DNA of 64,000 bases from an uncultured archaeon (GCA_000965745.1 CP009479.1:1088001-1152000); one strand, 5' to 3'; counted from the first letter of the stretch, positions 9,960 to 20,759 are shown. Numbers and translations: made by a program. The notes: a model not told the origin generated them from the letters alone.

Positions 9960-10586
9960 ATGCTTTCCAGCGAGGCTTACTTCTACGTTCCCCTCCTGGA
10001 CAGGGCCGGATTTCTTCTCTTCATGTCTTTCGCGATTTCTTTTCTAGTGTATGTTTATTTTGAGCTCACTAACATACGGGATGCGGCCGTATCCGAGTAT
10101 CCATACTACTACGATTATAATGGAATATACAGGGCAAACAACCTGATAGCTGACTGGACAGAAGTGAAAAAGGTGAGCTTCAAGAGGGTGGCTTTTACCG
10201 AAACAATAACAGCAGACTATACCGAATATCCCAGAAGCGGGTTGATGACCAGACAGCCCCTGAATAACGTGATGCATAACGTGAATGTCAGTGAGATAAA
10301 AGTCAGGAAGAGACTTTCAGTTGTTGAAATCCACAAATCTTCCGCCAGTAAATTCAGGCCGGATATAGTGATTGACATGTCCCCAAAGCGCTTCCTCATC
10401 AACAGGACCTGCATGAAAATGAAGAGGTATGTGGAGATGAGGGCAGCAAACGTTGAGTTTGATGTGGATATTGACATAGATGAGGGGGCTCATCAGAAGA
10501 CTCTGAGTCCTCAATGCAAACCACTGAATAATCCTCCTGAGGCAGATTCCGCAGAATCACTGAAAGTTGATCCTGCTGGTGGCTGA
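9960..10586 (+). pseudogene. Membrane protein whose original start (ATG 8664) was separated by IS630
   Basis: Removing the IS at CTAG gives in-frame MSTRIPTRFFLRYWILGTFVLILFVLL-MLSSEAY... Confidence 0.7.
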
Positions 10587-10822
10587 AAATTGCCGCTCCG
10601 TCTCTTCTGTTTGTAGAATGAAATCATGGTGCCTATTCAAGCGTTAAAAAATATTCCCATTAGAATCCTCCCTGATTATTATTGTTAACATCTTGCTGTA
10701 AAAAAGAGCCACTTTATTGAAAATCCAACCCTTAACACAACAAACACACAATATCGAGATAATCAAAGAACCCTAAATATTGATGGAGCCGTATTAAGTT
10801 AACAGAGAAGTTTCAGAAATAT

Positions 10823-11305
10823 ATGTATGCAGTCACCTTCATCAGAATGGTCGAGGATGAGTACACCGGCCTCCTCAATGATTGCAATGCCCTCAAACAG
10901 GCAAACGGATTGGACCTGTTCGAGAAACCAACATTTATATGTGAAAGAGTCCAGAAGTTCAGAAATTGGCTTACAATGGCAATAAGAAGTGCTGAAATTA
11001 CCGGGAATGGAGTCTCATTAAAAGCCGAGGACGTCCTCCTGGACGCTGCAATAACGAAAAAACAGTCTCCTCCGTATGAACCCCTCCACCCTCGAATAGG
11101 AAGTGTCCTTACATTGTATGAGAGGACAGATCTTGATGGAATACTTGGAGAGAAGAGAAGGCTTTCGCTCGAGCAGGGGATACAAAAAGAGATCAACGAA
11201 TGCAGGTTTAAAGTCTGCTACACTCACTGCCAGTTCATCAAATCCAATTTAAGGCGGTCATCACAGGACTTCAGCTCAGACAACGAGCCATCTCCTATTA
11301 CCTGA
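10823..11305 (+). CDS. Hypothetical protein
   Basis: 160-aa ATG ORF after an AT-rich intergenic region; no recognisable motif. Confidence 0.5.
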   Translation: MYAVTFIRMVEDEYTGLLNDCNALKQANGLDLFEKPTFICERVQKFRNWLTMAIRSAEITGNGVSLKAEDVLLDAAITKKQSPPYEPLHPRIGSVLTLYERTDLDGILGEKRRLSLEQGIQKEINECRFKVCYTHCQFIKSNLRRSSQDFSSDNEPSPIT

Positions 11306-11350
11306 TATCTCCAAGATACCATGTTAAAGAGATATAGTCTGACATACAGG

Positions 11351-12493
11351 TCATTGAACTATTCTTGATCTTGCCTTCTTTGCATATTCATCCGATATAT
11401 CTATTCCAACGTACCTTCTGTTTAGATCATGGGCAACCTTCGTGGTTGTTCCTACACCATTGAATGGGTCAAGAACCAGGTCACCCTTAAAACTGAACAG
11501 CTTAATTACCCTCTCCGCAAGTTTCTCAGGGAACATGGCCGGGTGTCCGAAATCTCTCATCTTTCTCTCAGGGGCGATGTTCCATCTCGCGTTTACCCAG
11601 CTCTTGAATTCTGTGCCGGTTATGTCGGATTTGTCTCTGTCGCCACGATGCTTAAGGTCTCCCTTGGAAAAAACTTCAATGAACTCCCATGTGTATTTTA
11701 GATATGGGTTGCTGGGGCTTTTCCAGCTTCCCCAGGCAGTGTATTTGGCATTGTAGTTGTTCTTCTCCCACAAAATCTCGTTTCTCCAGATCATCTTTCT
11801 CCCGGTCAGGAAATTTGAGATAATGTGGTGTACAGGTATGTAATCAGAATAGAGTGGCTGAACGTTGATTGCGATTCTGCCTCCAAATTTCGTTACTCTC
11901 ACACATTCGCCCAGTATCGTGAAAAGCTTGCCAAAGTAACTGTTCCAGTTCACTCCGTCCTCGTGGTCCTCATACTCAAGGCCGAAATTGTACGGGGGTG
12001 AAGTCAGGACAAGATCAACTGAGTTATCGGGATAATCTTTCAGAATTTCCTCTGAATCACCACATACAATCCTGTCTGCCAGCTTTTCGGGAACTTCATT
12101 GTTGCTGTCAACAAAATTGCTGTCCCTGGCATAATAGTACATCCCCCTGTTTACTGCCTTCTGCTTTCTGCCTTTTACCTTCCTTTCCCTGTTATAGTCA
12201 ACAAATGAAAGCTTACCGGCCTTTACCCCGTAGCTTCCGATTGACTCAACCTTCAGGAGCAGTTCTGTGAAAATGTTATCATGCGGAAGGCCGGCTTTCT
12301 CCACTTCAACTCCTATTTTCGACCTGAACCTGCTGATGTCCATCCTGTTGAGGTGAAGTTCAATCCCTCCATTCTGCGGTGAGATGTAGAGATCATCCCT
12401 GGAGAAAACTCTGTTGATCGAATCGATAATCATTCTCTCGGCCTCGCTGATCTCCCGGCCGATTTCAACCTCTATCTTCAGGTATTCCGTCAT
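11351..12493 (-). CDS. Solitary beta-class amino-DNA methyltransferase (probably N4-cytosine)
   Basis: CGDSEEIL, VLTSPPY, HPAMFP, VLDPFNGVGTT and GIDIS motifs. Start moved to ATG 12493 (MTEYLK) because the longer ORF overlaps 12642-12878. Confidence 0.9.
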   Translation of the reverse strand: MTEYLKIEVEIGREISEAERMIIDSINRVFSRDDLYISPQNGGIELHLNRMDISRFRSKIGVEVEKAGLPHDNIFTELLLKVESIGSYGVKAGKLSFVDYNRERKVKGRKQKAVNRGMYYYARDSNFVDSNNEVPEKLADRIVCGDSEEILKDYPDNSVDLVLTSPPYNFGLEYEDHEDGVNWNSYFGKLFTILGECVRVTKFGGRIAINVQPLYSDYIPVHHIISNFLTGRKMIWRNEILWEKNNYNAKYTAWGSWKSPSNPYLKYTWEFIEVFSKGDLKHRGDRDKSDITGTEFKSWVNARWNIAPERKMRDFGHPAMFPEKLAERVIKLFSFKGDLVLDPFNGVGTTTKVAHDLNRRYVGIDISDEYAKKARSRIVQ

Positions 12494-12641
12494 GTTTCTG
12501 TGGCCTGAATTCACAAGCCACCCTTGCCCCCTTATGCCACAATGAGAACGCACAATTATAATAATTGCTGCTGCAATGGATTTCTGGAGTACCTGGGCAG
12601 TTGTATGCCGACATTTAAGTGTGATGATCCCCTGATCAAAT

Positions 12642-12878
12642 ATGTCCGACGAAGAAACATTCACATCGGAGGATCTCAGGAAGGATGTTGAGACCATAGA
12701 TAAAATAACAAAGGACTGGAGGCAGAAGATGGAATATCTGCCTGCAGATCAGCAGTTCGCCATGTTCAGAAGGGCAGTCAGGCACATTGAGAAAGGCATG
12801 GACCTGGTAGAGAAAATAATGTCAAAATTCATCACGGATGACGAAAATGAAACCGGGGGCGAACCAGATCAGCCTTAA
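12642..12878 (+). CDS. Small hypothetical protein
   Basis: 78-aa charged, helical ORF with host-like codon usage. Confidence 0.6.
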   Translation: MSDEETFTSEDLRKDVETIDKITKDWRQKMEYLPADQQFAMFRRAVRHIEKGMDLVEKIMSKFITDDENETGGEPDQP

Positions 12879-13603
12879 TGTCCTGAAAACGCCGATATCA
12901 TGGAATCCCATGCTCTATCTGTGGGTTGATACCCGTCAAGAATAGGCACTTCCACCTCTGCCGCACCATTTTCAATCCCGAACCTGTTAAACCATACAGG
13001 CTTGATTCCAACGCCAATAGCCCCAAGAATATCACTGTCGAGTGAATCACCAACCATCAGGGACTTCTCGGGCAGCGTTCCAGTTTTCCTCATGGCAATT
13101 CTGAATATTTCGGGGTCAGGCTTCATGATTCCGTAGTCCTGGGAAATTGTCATGCTGTCTATGTAGCCATCCAAGCCACAGTGCTTAACTTTCCTGTACT
13201 GCATTTCTGCTATGTTGTTTGTTATTACTGACACTGTTACACCATGTTCCCTGGCTTTCTTGAGAATTTCAGCAGCACCGGGAATTGCCGAGGTGCCAGA
13301 AATATAAAGTTCCCCGTAATCTGAGACAAGCTTGCCGAGTTCATCCCCGCCGATACTGTGGCCAACTGTTTCGAACAGATTCCTGAATCTCGCCGCCCAG
13401 TTCTCCTGTATAGTAATCCTGTTAAGGATGAGGAGTTCCCAGTACTTCTGGAAATCCTTCTGCCATAGCATTTCCAGCTCATCAAGTTCAATTGCACCCA
13501 GTACTTCATACTCTTCCTGTAGCTTGGACAGGGCGGATCTTGCGGCGGTGCCATGGTCTATCAGGGTATCGTCGAGATCGAAGAATATTACGTCGGGCAG
13601 CAT
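12875..13603 (-). CDS. HAD-superfamily hydrolase (YjjG-like)
   Basis: FFDLDDTL, ITNN, KPDPEIF, MVGDSLDSDI; start taken at MLPDV (13603). Confidence 0.92.
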   Translation of the reverse strand: MLPDVIFFDLDDTLIDHGTAARSALSKLQEEYEVLGAIELDELEMLWQKDFQKYWELLILNRITIQENWAARFRNLFETVGHSIGGDELGKLVSDYGELYISGTSAIPGAAEILKKAREHGVTVSVITNNIAEMQYRKVKHCGLDGYIDSMTISQDYGIMKPDPEIFRIAMRKTGTLPEKSLMVGDSLDSDILGAIGVGIKPVWFNRFGIENGAAEVEVPILDGYQPTDRAWDSMISAFSGH

Positions 13604-13707
13604 CAGGATTGCTTTAATTGTAGCCTTGGATATAAAGTTGACAGTGGGCCCCTGCTTCCAGTATGATTTTATCAATACGGCGGTAATTACAGGGAGGGGA
13701 CATAGCA

Positions 13708-14925
13708 TTGAAACCGGGCAGGGGCATCGATGAAAGACAGGCAAAGGGAAAGCCGGGAAAATTACCTGTAGTCGTCCAGATGCTTCTTTTCATGACCCTG
13801 GGGAATTTCAGCAACTCTTCCTACTCCCCCCTTGCACCCTTCATAAAGAACAGTTTCCTTCTCACTTCTGCAGAGGTCGGGCTCATAACAAGCGTGATCT
13901 TCATGGGGGCTATCACGGTCTCTCTTTTTTCAGGGTTTCTTGTGGACCGCCTTGGTCCTTACACCGCCATAAAAATCTCGTTTGCCATAATTGCTTCAGG
14001 CGCAGTTATAATATTCCTCGGGCATACATACAGCGTTCTCATCGGGGGATATTACGCAATAGGATTCGGGTATGGGATCATAACGCCTGCTTCAAACAGC
14101 CTGATGATGAAGGAATATTACCCCGACCATGCAACAAGAATGGGTGTCAAGCAGTCCGGGGTTCCACTTGGTGCAGCATTTTCGGCAGCTATCCTGCCTA
14201 TTATTGCATTAAATTTCACACTTCGCGGCAGCTACCTCATCCTCATAATAATGGCATTGGCCATTGCAATCGTCCTGCCATGGGAGAGGAGAAAGGAGAG
14301 TGGTCAGAGAATTGGCAAGGGATATATCAAAGACCTGCTTTCGGCCGGAAGAAGCAGGCCCCTTCTCGCAGTGGCTGTAGCTGTAGTATTTCTTTCCTGG
14401 GGACAGCAGACTCTCCTCACTTTCTTTGTTCTGTTCGAGGAATCGAAGGGAATCCCGATCATTTTTGCAGAAGCTCTCCTGATTGTACTGCTGGCAGGGT
14501 CAGTGTTCGGAAGGATGTTCTGGGCTTACGTCAGCGACAGGGTGTTCAGGAAGAACAGAGTGCATACCCTCTCATTGATAATGGCAATTGCCGGATTAGT
14601 CTTCGTAATGTTCAACCTGAATGGGAGCAACTACGCTCTTGCTGTTGCCTTCTCATTTATCATAGGGATGAATGCAGTCGGATGGAACAGCACTTATGTT
14701 ACGGTCATATCAGAAATAGCCCCAAGGGCAAAAGTCGGCCTCTTCAGCGGAGTGAGCCTCATGCTCACCGGAATGGGCACGATCATAGGAACCCCGGTCT
14801 CTGGGGTTATCAGGGACATGTTCTCATTCATGGAGATGTGGACAGTACTTGGCAGCGCTCTCATGGTGATGTCCATGGTTTTCCTGTTTGTCGGAAGCAA
14901 ATATGTAAAAAGCAGTTATAGCTGA
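13708..14925 (+). CDS. MFS transporter
   Basis: About 12 TM segments; motif A GFLVDRLGP. Confidence 0.9.
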   Translation: MKPGRGIDERQAKGKPGKLPVVVQMLLFMTLGNFSNSSYSPLAPFIKNSFLLTSAEVGLITSVIFMGAITVSLFSGFLVDRLGPYTAIKISFAIIASGAVIIFLGHTYSVLIGGYYAIGFGYGIITPASNSLMMKEYYPDHATRMGVKQSGVPLGAAFSAAILPIIALNFTLRGSYLILIIMALAIAIVLPWERRKESGQRIGKGYIKDLLSAGRSRPLLAVAVAVVFLSWGQQTLLTFFVLFEESKGIPIIFAEALLIVLLAGSVFGRMFWAYVSDRVFRKNRVHTLSLIMAIAGLVFVMFNLNGSNYALAVAFSFIIGMNAVGWNSTYVTVISEIAPRAKVGLFSGVSLMLTGMGTIIGTPVSGVIRDMFSFMEMWTVLGSALMVMSMVFLFVGSKYVKSSYS

Positions 14926-14943
14926 ACTTCATATGCCAGTCCA

Positions 14944-16134
14944 TCAGAACAACGATATTTTTCCCTTTACAAGCAGCTCTGTTATGTGATCTATGTCCGA
15001 TAGGTGCTCGCTCACTATCCCCTTTATCCTTCTCTTCTCTTCCACGGAAGTACTCTCCCTCACAGATACTGAAGTGACCTGTGGAACCTCAATGGGCTCG
15101 CCTATCTTGCCCACAATCTTCACCGTTACCGGTTTGTCCAGTGCATCATATATATCGCTTGAAATGCGTTTTGCAAGAATATTGTATATTTTTCCAATGT
15201 GATTGACAGGATTCTTCCCGGCAACAGCCTCGAAGCTCATCGCCCTGTTTGGCGTAATGAGACCGTTCACCCTGTTTCCCCTCCCGACTGCACCATCATC
15301 CCCATGCTCTGCACTGGTCCCCGTTACTGTCAGATAGCAGCCGTCCCTGCCCTGCTCTCTGTCATCGAGCGCATTGAGTGAAACGCTGAATGTGAAATCA
15401 GAAGGGATCATGAAGCGAACACTTCCGACAAGCTCCTCAAGGAGCTTCGCCTTCTTGTCGTAATAGGAATCTATGGTTGGGAGGAACTTGTCAACAAAAG
15501 CATTGGCGATGGTGATATCAAGCCTCTTGCCCGTTCTCACAGCAAGAATCTTCACATCCTCCCCGGAGAACGAGAACTCGTTCTTGAACTCCCAACTGCT
15601 GATTACGTTCTCCATCTCCAGGACAATGTTCTCAGTGGGCGTAAGGGGTGCAAAGCCCGCACCATACGATGTGTCATTCGAGAAGACTCCGAGCCTCTGG
15701 TAAACATTTGAGAGGCTTGCGGACCCGGACTTGGTTTCGAAGAGGTATCTGACACTGTTGAGGTCAATGAATCTCATGTTCCTCTCAAGCCATTCCTCTG
15801 ATGAATTGGTGGCTATATCCATAATGGGCAGCCTCTGGTCCTCAATCGTTTCCGTGGCTCTCCCTGAAAAGAGGATCGATATAGGAGTTATGACCCGCCC
15901 TCCACCAAAGTCCGGAAAGGTCCTTCCTCCGATTATCTCAAGCTTGTCCACATTATGGTGGAGGATTTTTCCAAAATTGTCGAGGTAGTACCGGGAAAGA
16001 TTACGGGAAAACGTCTCAGCAATCGAATCGGCCATGTAGTCAGGATGCCCTAGACCTTTTCTCTCCACGATTTCAACCCTCTGCTTCTCAACTGGAGTGC
16101 CCCTGATTCTTTCAACAATAACCTTTCCATTCAT
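14944..16134 (-). CDS. mat: Archaeal-type S-adenosylmethionine synthetase
   Basis: [37 protein letters not shown] and AGKNP motifs. Confidence 0.95.
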   Translation of the reverse strand: MNGKVIVERIRGTPVEKQRVEIVERKGLGHPDYMADSIAETFSRNLSRYYLDNFGKILHHNVDKLEIIGGRTFPDFGGGRVITPISILFSGRATETIEDQRLPIMDIATNSSEEWLERNMRFIDLNSVRYLFETKSGSASLSNVYQRLGVFSNDTSYGAGFAPLTPTENIVLEMENVISSWEFKNEFSFSGEDVKILAVRTGKRLDITIANAFVDKFLPTIDSYYDKKAKLLEELVGSVRFMIPSDFTFSVSLNALDDREQGRDGCYLTVTGTSAEHGDDGAVGRGNRVNGLITPNRAMSFEAVAGKNPVNHIGKIYNILAKRISSDIYDALDKPVTVKIVGKIGEPIEVPQVTSVSVRESTSVEEKRRIKGIVSEHLSDIDHITELLVKGKISLF

Positions 16135-16318
16135 GCTGTGAGATCACCGGTCCATTTACATGCATTCAGCGAACTATAAACACTTCCTCATAATATTAAG
16201 GAAAAGTCGACGCGTGATTTTTCGGCAGTGGAATATGGAAACGTTTTAAACTCCCTGACTCTTCTATCAGTTGACGGTATCTGAGTGAAGCCGGAAATAT
16301 TGGAGTTGACACAATAAT

Positions 16319-17803
16319 ATGGATTTCAGGGTGGAAGAGGCATCGATAGAGCAGATTCATGCGGCATTCAAGTCAGGAGATCTGACCTCCAGAAAACTGG
16401 TTGAGCATTATCTCAGGCGGATTGAAGCCTTCGACCGGAATGGCCCGGGCATAAATTCAATCGTAACACTGAACAGGGAAGCTCTTTCCGAAGCCGACAG
16501 GCTTGACCGAATGCTCTCAGAGACATGGATACTGAAAGGCCCGCTGCATGGAATCCCTTTCCTGATCAAGGACCAGATTGAAACAAGGAGGATAAGGACA
16601 ACATTCGGATCAAAGGCCTTTGAAAACTACGTTCCTGATGCGGACGCAACCATAGTCAGGAGGATAAAAGAGTCGGGCGGCATAGTCCTTGGCAAGGCAA
16701 ACATGCCTGATTTTGGGGTAAGCTGGTATGGTGTATCCTCCGTTCTCGGTGACACACTGAACCCCTACGATACTTCGCGCGACCCTGGAGGCTCAAGCAG
16801 CGGGATAGGTGCGGGAATAGCAGCGAATTTTGCCACCGTTGGGATAGGAGAGGACACCGCAGGCTCAATCAGGGTCCCATCTTCATTCAACAACCTCTTC
16901 GGCATTAGGGTAACCACCGGCCTCATAAGCAGATCGGGGATGTGCCCAATCATAAATTTCCAGGATACTCCGGGCCCGATGGCAAGGAATGTGAAGGACC
17001 TTTCCACAGTCCTGGATGTTATCGCAGGATACGACAAGGAGGACTCTGCCACATCTATGTCAGTGTTTTCCGGATCACTCGGAAACTTCAGGTCCTCACT
17101 GATGGGCGGGGAACTCAGGGGATCGAGAATTGGGATTCTCAGGGATTCTTTTCCCGGGCACGATGAGGATGTGAGCCTCGTGATGGGGAGGGCAATCCAC
17201 ACAATGAGCTCAAACGGTGCGGATATTGTTGATCCTGTTGAAATCAGCGACCTTCCGGCGCGCATTAAAAATTCCGGCCTTTATGACATACAGACAAAAT
17301 ACGATCTCAATGGATTTATCCGGACCAGGAAGGGATCTCCGATGAAGTCCGTGGAGGATATAGTCTCCGCCGGGATGTATCACGAGCTTATCGACATACT
17401 GGAATACGTTTCCAGGGGCGAGTCTCTGCCAGAAGAGCATCCGGAATACTACAGGAGGAGGTTCGGCCAGAACGAGCTGAGGAAAGCCATAATCGAACTT
17501 ATCGTATCTTCCGGACTTGACGCAATAATGTATCCTTCCGCAAGAATACTTCCACCTGCAAAGGACGATATAAGGGGGAGGAAATGGGCTGGCCTGGGCT
17601 TTCCGGTTAACTCATTCATATCTTCACATTCAGGATGCCCATCGATAGCGGTCCCCGCAGGTTTCACCAGCGGCGGGATACCTGTGGGGTTCGAACTGCT
17701 CGCGAAACCGCTGGATGAACAGAAGCTACTTAACCTTGCATATTCGTATGAACTGGTTGCGAATCCAAGAAGGTCTCCTGAAACCACTCCCGACCTGGCA
17801 TAA
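16319..17803 (+). CDS. Amidase-signature family enzyme
   Basis: GPLHGIPFLIKD, GGSSSG, GEDTAGSIRVPSS (Lys-Ser-Ser triad). Confidence 0.93.
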   Translation: MDFRVEEASIEQIHAAFKSGDLTSRKLVEHYLRRIEAFDRNGPGINSIVTLNREALSEADRLDRMLSETWILKGPLHGIPFLIKDQIETRRIRTTFGSKAFENYVPDADATIVRRIKESGGIVLGKANMPDFGVSWYGVSSVLGDTLNPYDTSRDPGGSSSGIGAGIAANFATVGIGEDTAGSIRVPSSFNNLFGIRVTTGLISRSGMCPIINFQDTPGPMARNVKDLSTVLDVIAGYDKEDSATSMSVFSGSLGNFRSSLMGGELRGSRIGILRDSFPGHDEDVSLVMGRAIHTMSSNGADIVDPVEISDLPARIKNSGLYDIQTKYDLNGFIRTRKGSPMKSVEDIVSAGMYHELIDILEYVSRGESLPEEHPEYYRRRFGQNELRKAIIELIVSSGLDAIMYPSARILPPAKDDIRGRKWAGLGFPVNSFISSHSGCPSIAVPAGFTSGGIPVGFELLAKPLDEQKLLNLAYSYELVANPRRSPETTPDLA

Positions 17804-17830
17804 GGGCTCTCAAATCTGACAACCCCATCC

Positions 17831-18307
17831 CTACGTGTTGATCCAGAGTATGGAAAAGTTCAGAAGTGTAGCAACAGTTCCCCAGGAAAGGTATGGAAAC
17901 AGGAGATATGCCGAAACTTTGCTTAAAGCCCTGAATTCTATGATCGTGGCCACGATGAAAAACCAGAGGAATACAATTTCCACAGCTCCAAAGAGTATTT
18001 CGTGAAGGCCGAAGAATATGAGGGACCAGATCACGTTAAGCGCAAGCTGAATGAAGAAAAGGACGTATGGCAGCACAAGTTCCTTTCTGTTCCTGCCACT
18101 GGTCCAGACAACGTAGAGCGCAATTCCCATGAGGAAGTAAAGAGTCAGCCACATTGGCGCAAAAAGCCAGTTTGGCGGTGTTATGGGGCTTTTGTTCAGG
18201 GCTGCATACCATGTGGGAATGGCTTCATAGGTGAAGATGGAACCCAACCCTCCTGCACCTTCTGTAATGATTATCGATATCACAAATTTCAGCCAGTTAA
18301 ATTGCAT
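17831..18307 (-). CDS. tspO: TspO/MBR tryptophan-rich sensory protein
   Basis: WYAALNK, PPNWLFAPMW, QLALNVIWS, PYLSW; start taken at MQFNW (18307). Confidence 0.93.
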   Translation of the reverse strand: MQFNWLKFVISIIITEGAGGLGSIFTYEAIPTWYAALNKSPITPPNWLFAPMWLTLYFLMGIALYVVWTSGRNRKELVLPYVLFFIQLALNVIWSLIFFGLHEILFGAVEIVFLWFFIVATIIEFRALSKVSAYLLFPYLSWGTVATLLNFSILWINT

Positions 18308-18489
18308 TGAAGTCGCCTTATTATATAGGTATAAAATGAATGGCGTTTTAATTCTTAACTTGATATATGAGGGTATAATAAGAAGTGCAAAAGCAGATTC
18401 TTTGCGAGGCATTGACAGTTGCATAAACGGGAACTTCAACTTCTCCCAAAGGATGCCCCCTGCTTCAACTCCCCCGTTGTGCTCTCACG

Positions 18490-18832
18490 TTCTTCGCTTG
18501 TTGTGGAACACCTTGGCATATAATCTGTGGATTCCCTTATATGGCACATTGAGAAGGATCAGGACAGGCTCCACATATTGGTGAACGGCATTTTGGGTGG
18601 TGGCAGGTACGCTCAATGGGACAGGAAGCTGCTGAGGCATGATATCTCAGGCGGATTGAAGATGCTTCGTATGGGCATTGACACCCATCTGATAACAAGC
18701 GCCAGGGCGCTCCCTCAGATGATTAAAACAGGAAATGCGCCCCTAGTCAAGATGACAGACGTAATCAGACCTGATTCTGAAATCAACGACAAAGGTCTCT
18801 CCGCTGATGAGACGGGTTGCAGACACCCATGA
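18490..18832 (+). pseudogene. Internal fragment of a short-chain dehydrogenase (SDR)
   Basis: VEHLGI*SVDSLIWHIEKDQDRLHILVNGILGG...MLRMGIDTHLITSARALPQM resembles the SDR GRLDILVN segment. In-frame TAA; no TGxxxGIG or YxxxK. Confidence 0.55.
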
Positions 18833-18881
18833 TTTTAATTAAACCATTTACTATTATAACCTTAACCGGAACGTGTTATGA

Positions 18882-20276
18882 ATGGTTTCAAGCAAAGTGG
18901 ATATTAATAAATTGAGGGAAAGTGAGAGAAAATTTGGAAAATCGCACCACAGATACTCAAAGGAAGAAGTCCCAAAATACCGTTTCCCTGAAAAGACAAT
19001 GGACTCAAGAACTGTATATCAACTTATTCATGATGAGCTGAATCTTGATGGTAACCCGGATCTGAACCTCGCAACCTTTGTCACAACTTGGATGGACCCG
19101 GAGGCAGACAAGCTGATTATTGAGAACCTCCACAAGAACTTCATTGATCATTTTGAGTATCCTCAGGTCAATAATATTGAGGAGAGGATAGTCAACATCC
19201 TGGCAAATCTTTTCAATGTGCCGGACAAAAGCGACTTCATCGGGACATCAACGATTGGATCATCAGAAGCAATTATGCTGGGGTTGCTTGCACACAAATG
19301 GAACTGGCGCCAGGAACGGATAAGAAAAGGGCTTCCCCACGACAAGCCCAACATCGTGTTTGGTGGCGATACACACGTTTCTTGGGACAAGTTTGCCAGG
19401 TATTTTGACGTGGAACCAAGAATAATCCCCATTGCAAAGGACCGTTTTACCATCAAGCCGGAGGACGTGCTGAAAGAGGTGGATGAAAATACCATTGCTG
19501 TGGGCGTTGTACTTGGCACAACTTTCACGGGTGAATTCGATCCTGTGCAGGAGATCAACGATCTGCTCTTGAAGCTCAAGCGTGAGAAAGGGCTGGATAT
19601 CCCCATACATGTGGATGCAGCAAGTGCCGGATTTATCACGCCGTTTTTTGAGCCCGGATTCGAGTGGGACTTCAGGCTTGAGCAGGTGAGTTCGATAAAC
19701 ACATCGGGCCATAAATTCGGGCTTGTATATCCCGGACTGGGCTGGCTCATATTCCGGCATCATAATCTCCTTCCGGAGGAGCTGAAGTTCTACGTAAATT
19801 ACCTTGGAGATGAAATGCCCACTTATACCCTGAATTTCTCGGAAGGAAGCTCAATGATCATAGCCCAGTACTTCAACATCATGCACCTGGGAAAGGAGGG
19901 TTATAGGCAGATAGTGGACAGGATGATGGAAAACGCATCACATCTCGCTGCCAGGCTGCAGGAAAGTAAGGAGTTTCACGTGATAAACGATGCAAAGCAT
20001 ATTCCTGTGGTTACATTCAGGTTCGCCAAGGATGAAGACTTTACCCTTTTCGATCTTTCGTACCGGGTCAGGGAAAGAGGATGGATCGTCCCGGCATACT
20101 CTTTACCGCCACATGCTGAGGAAGTAACAATAATGCGGGTTGTTGTGAGGGAGAATTTCACCAGAAACCTGGTTGACATCTTCGTGGATGACCTGCTGAA
20201 CGCAAAGAGGGCCCTGAAAACCGGCTCAATTAAGACGTCTCAGCGTTCTGCCAGGGAGGGGCATCCCGTCTCGTGA
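18882..20276 (+). CDS. gadB: Glutamate decarboxylase (PLP-dependent)
   Basis: LDGNPDLNLATFVTT, TIGSSEA, HVDAASAG, PLP lysine in SGHKFGLVYPG, RGWIVPAY. Confidence 0.93.
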   Translation: MVSSKVDINKLRESERKFGKSHHRYSKEEVPKYRFPEKTMDSRTVYQLIHDELNLDGNPDLNLATFVTTWMDPEADKLIIENLHKNFIDHFEYPQVNNIEERIVNILANLFNVPDKSDFIGTSTIGSSEAIMLGLLAHKWNWRQERIRKGLPHDKPNIVFGGDTHVSWDKFARYFDVEPRIIPIAKDRFTIKPEDVLKEVDENTIAVGVVLGTTFTGEFDPVQEINDLLLKLKREKGLDIPIHVDAASAGFITPFFEPGFEWDFRLEQVSSINTSGHKFGLVYPGLGWLIFRHHNLLPEELKFYVNYLGDEMPTYTLNFSEGSSMIIAQYFNIMHLGKEGYRQIVDRMMENASHLAARLQESKEFHVINDAKHIPVVTFRFAKDEDFTLFDLSYRVRERGWIVPAYSLPPHAEEVTIMRVVVRENFTRNLVDIFVDDLLNAKRALKTGSIKTSQRSAREGHPVS

Positions 20277-20685
20277 AGCTTCTTTTTCAAAGGTGACTAC
20301 CTTTAATGTGACAGTTACGGGAGGTTTTGGTCTTGTAACCTCTGAGCACCCAAGCTTTCTTGCTGCCATAGAGTCATTTGTGAAAGTCCGCATAAACGGA
20401 ACCTTCCATTTAACATACGCTCCACTGAGTGACAAACTTTACGGTCCTTGGGAGGTAATAGGGAACTTCACGCTCGAGCAAAATGATGTTGGAAACCTTA
20501 GAAATGTGAGTTCCATAACTCAGGGTCGGATGCATGCAACTATGTTATAACACCCGGCAATGAATTGGATGCACCTGTTTCCAACCCTTATGGTGTTTTA
20601 AGTTGGATCAAGAACTGCAGAACCAATGAAATCTTATGAAAATACACTTTTGTAACTGTTCTGGGAACTTGAATTGATTATATAA

Positions 20686-20696
20686 TGCTCCGGTCG
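20686..20696. repeat. att direct repeat TGCTCCGGTCG (tRNA-Glu 3' end), integrase-proximal end of the island
   Basis: Identical to 49478-49488 and 63 bp upstream of the integrase ATG. Confidence 0.85.
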
Positions 20697-20759
20697 AGCA
20701 CTCGAATATAGGTCAAATACTCTAACAAAATTTAAAATACTTACACCAATTATTCTTTC

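Noticed and set aside
20293-20550. 85-aa ORF beside the att site
   Set aside because: GTG start with no motif; may be a gene fragment, so no product can be supported.
20649-20685. TTTGTA lying 37 bp before both att cores (20649 and 49441)
   Set aside because: The rest of the two flanks aligns poorly; could be chance in AT-rich DNA.
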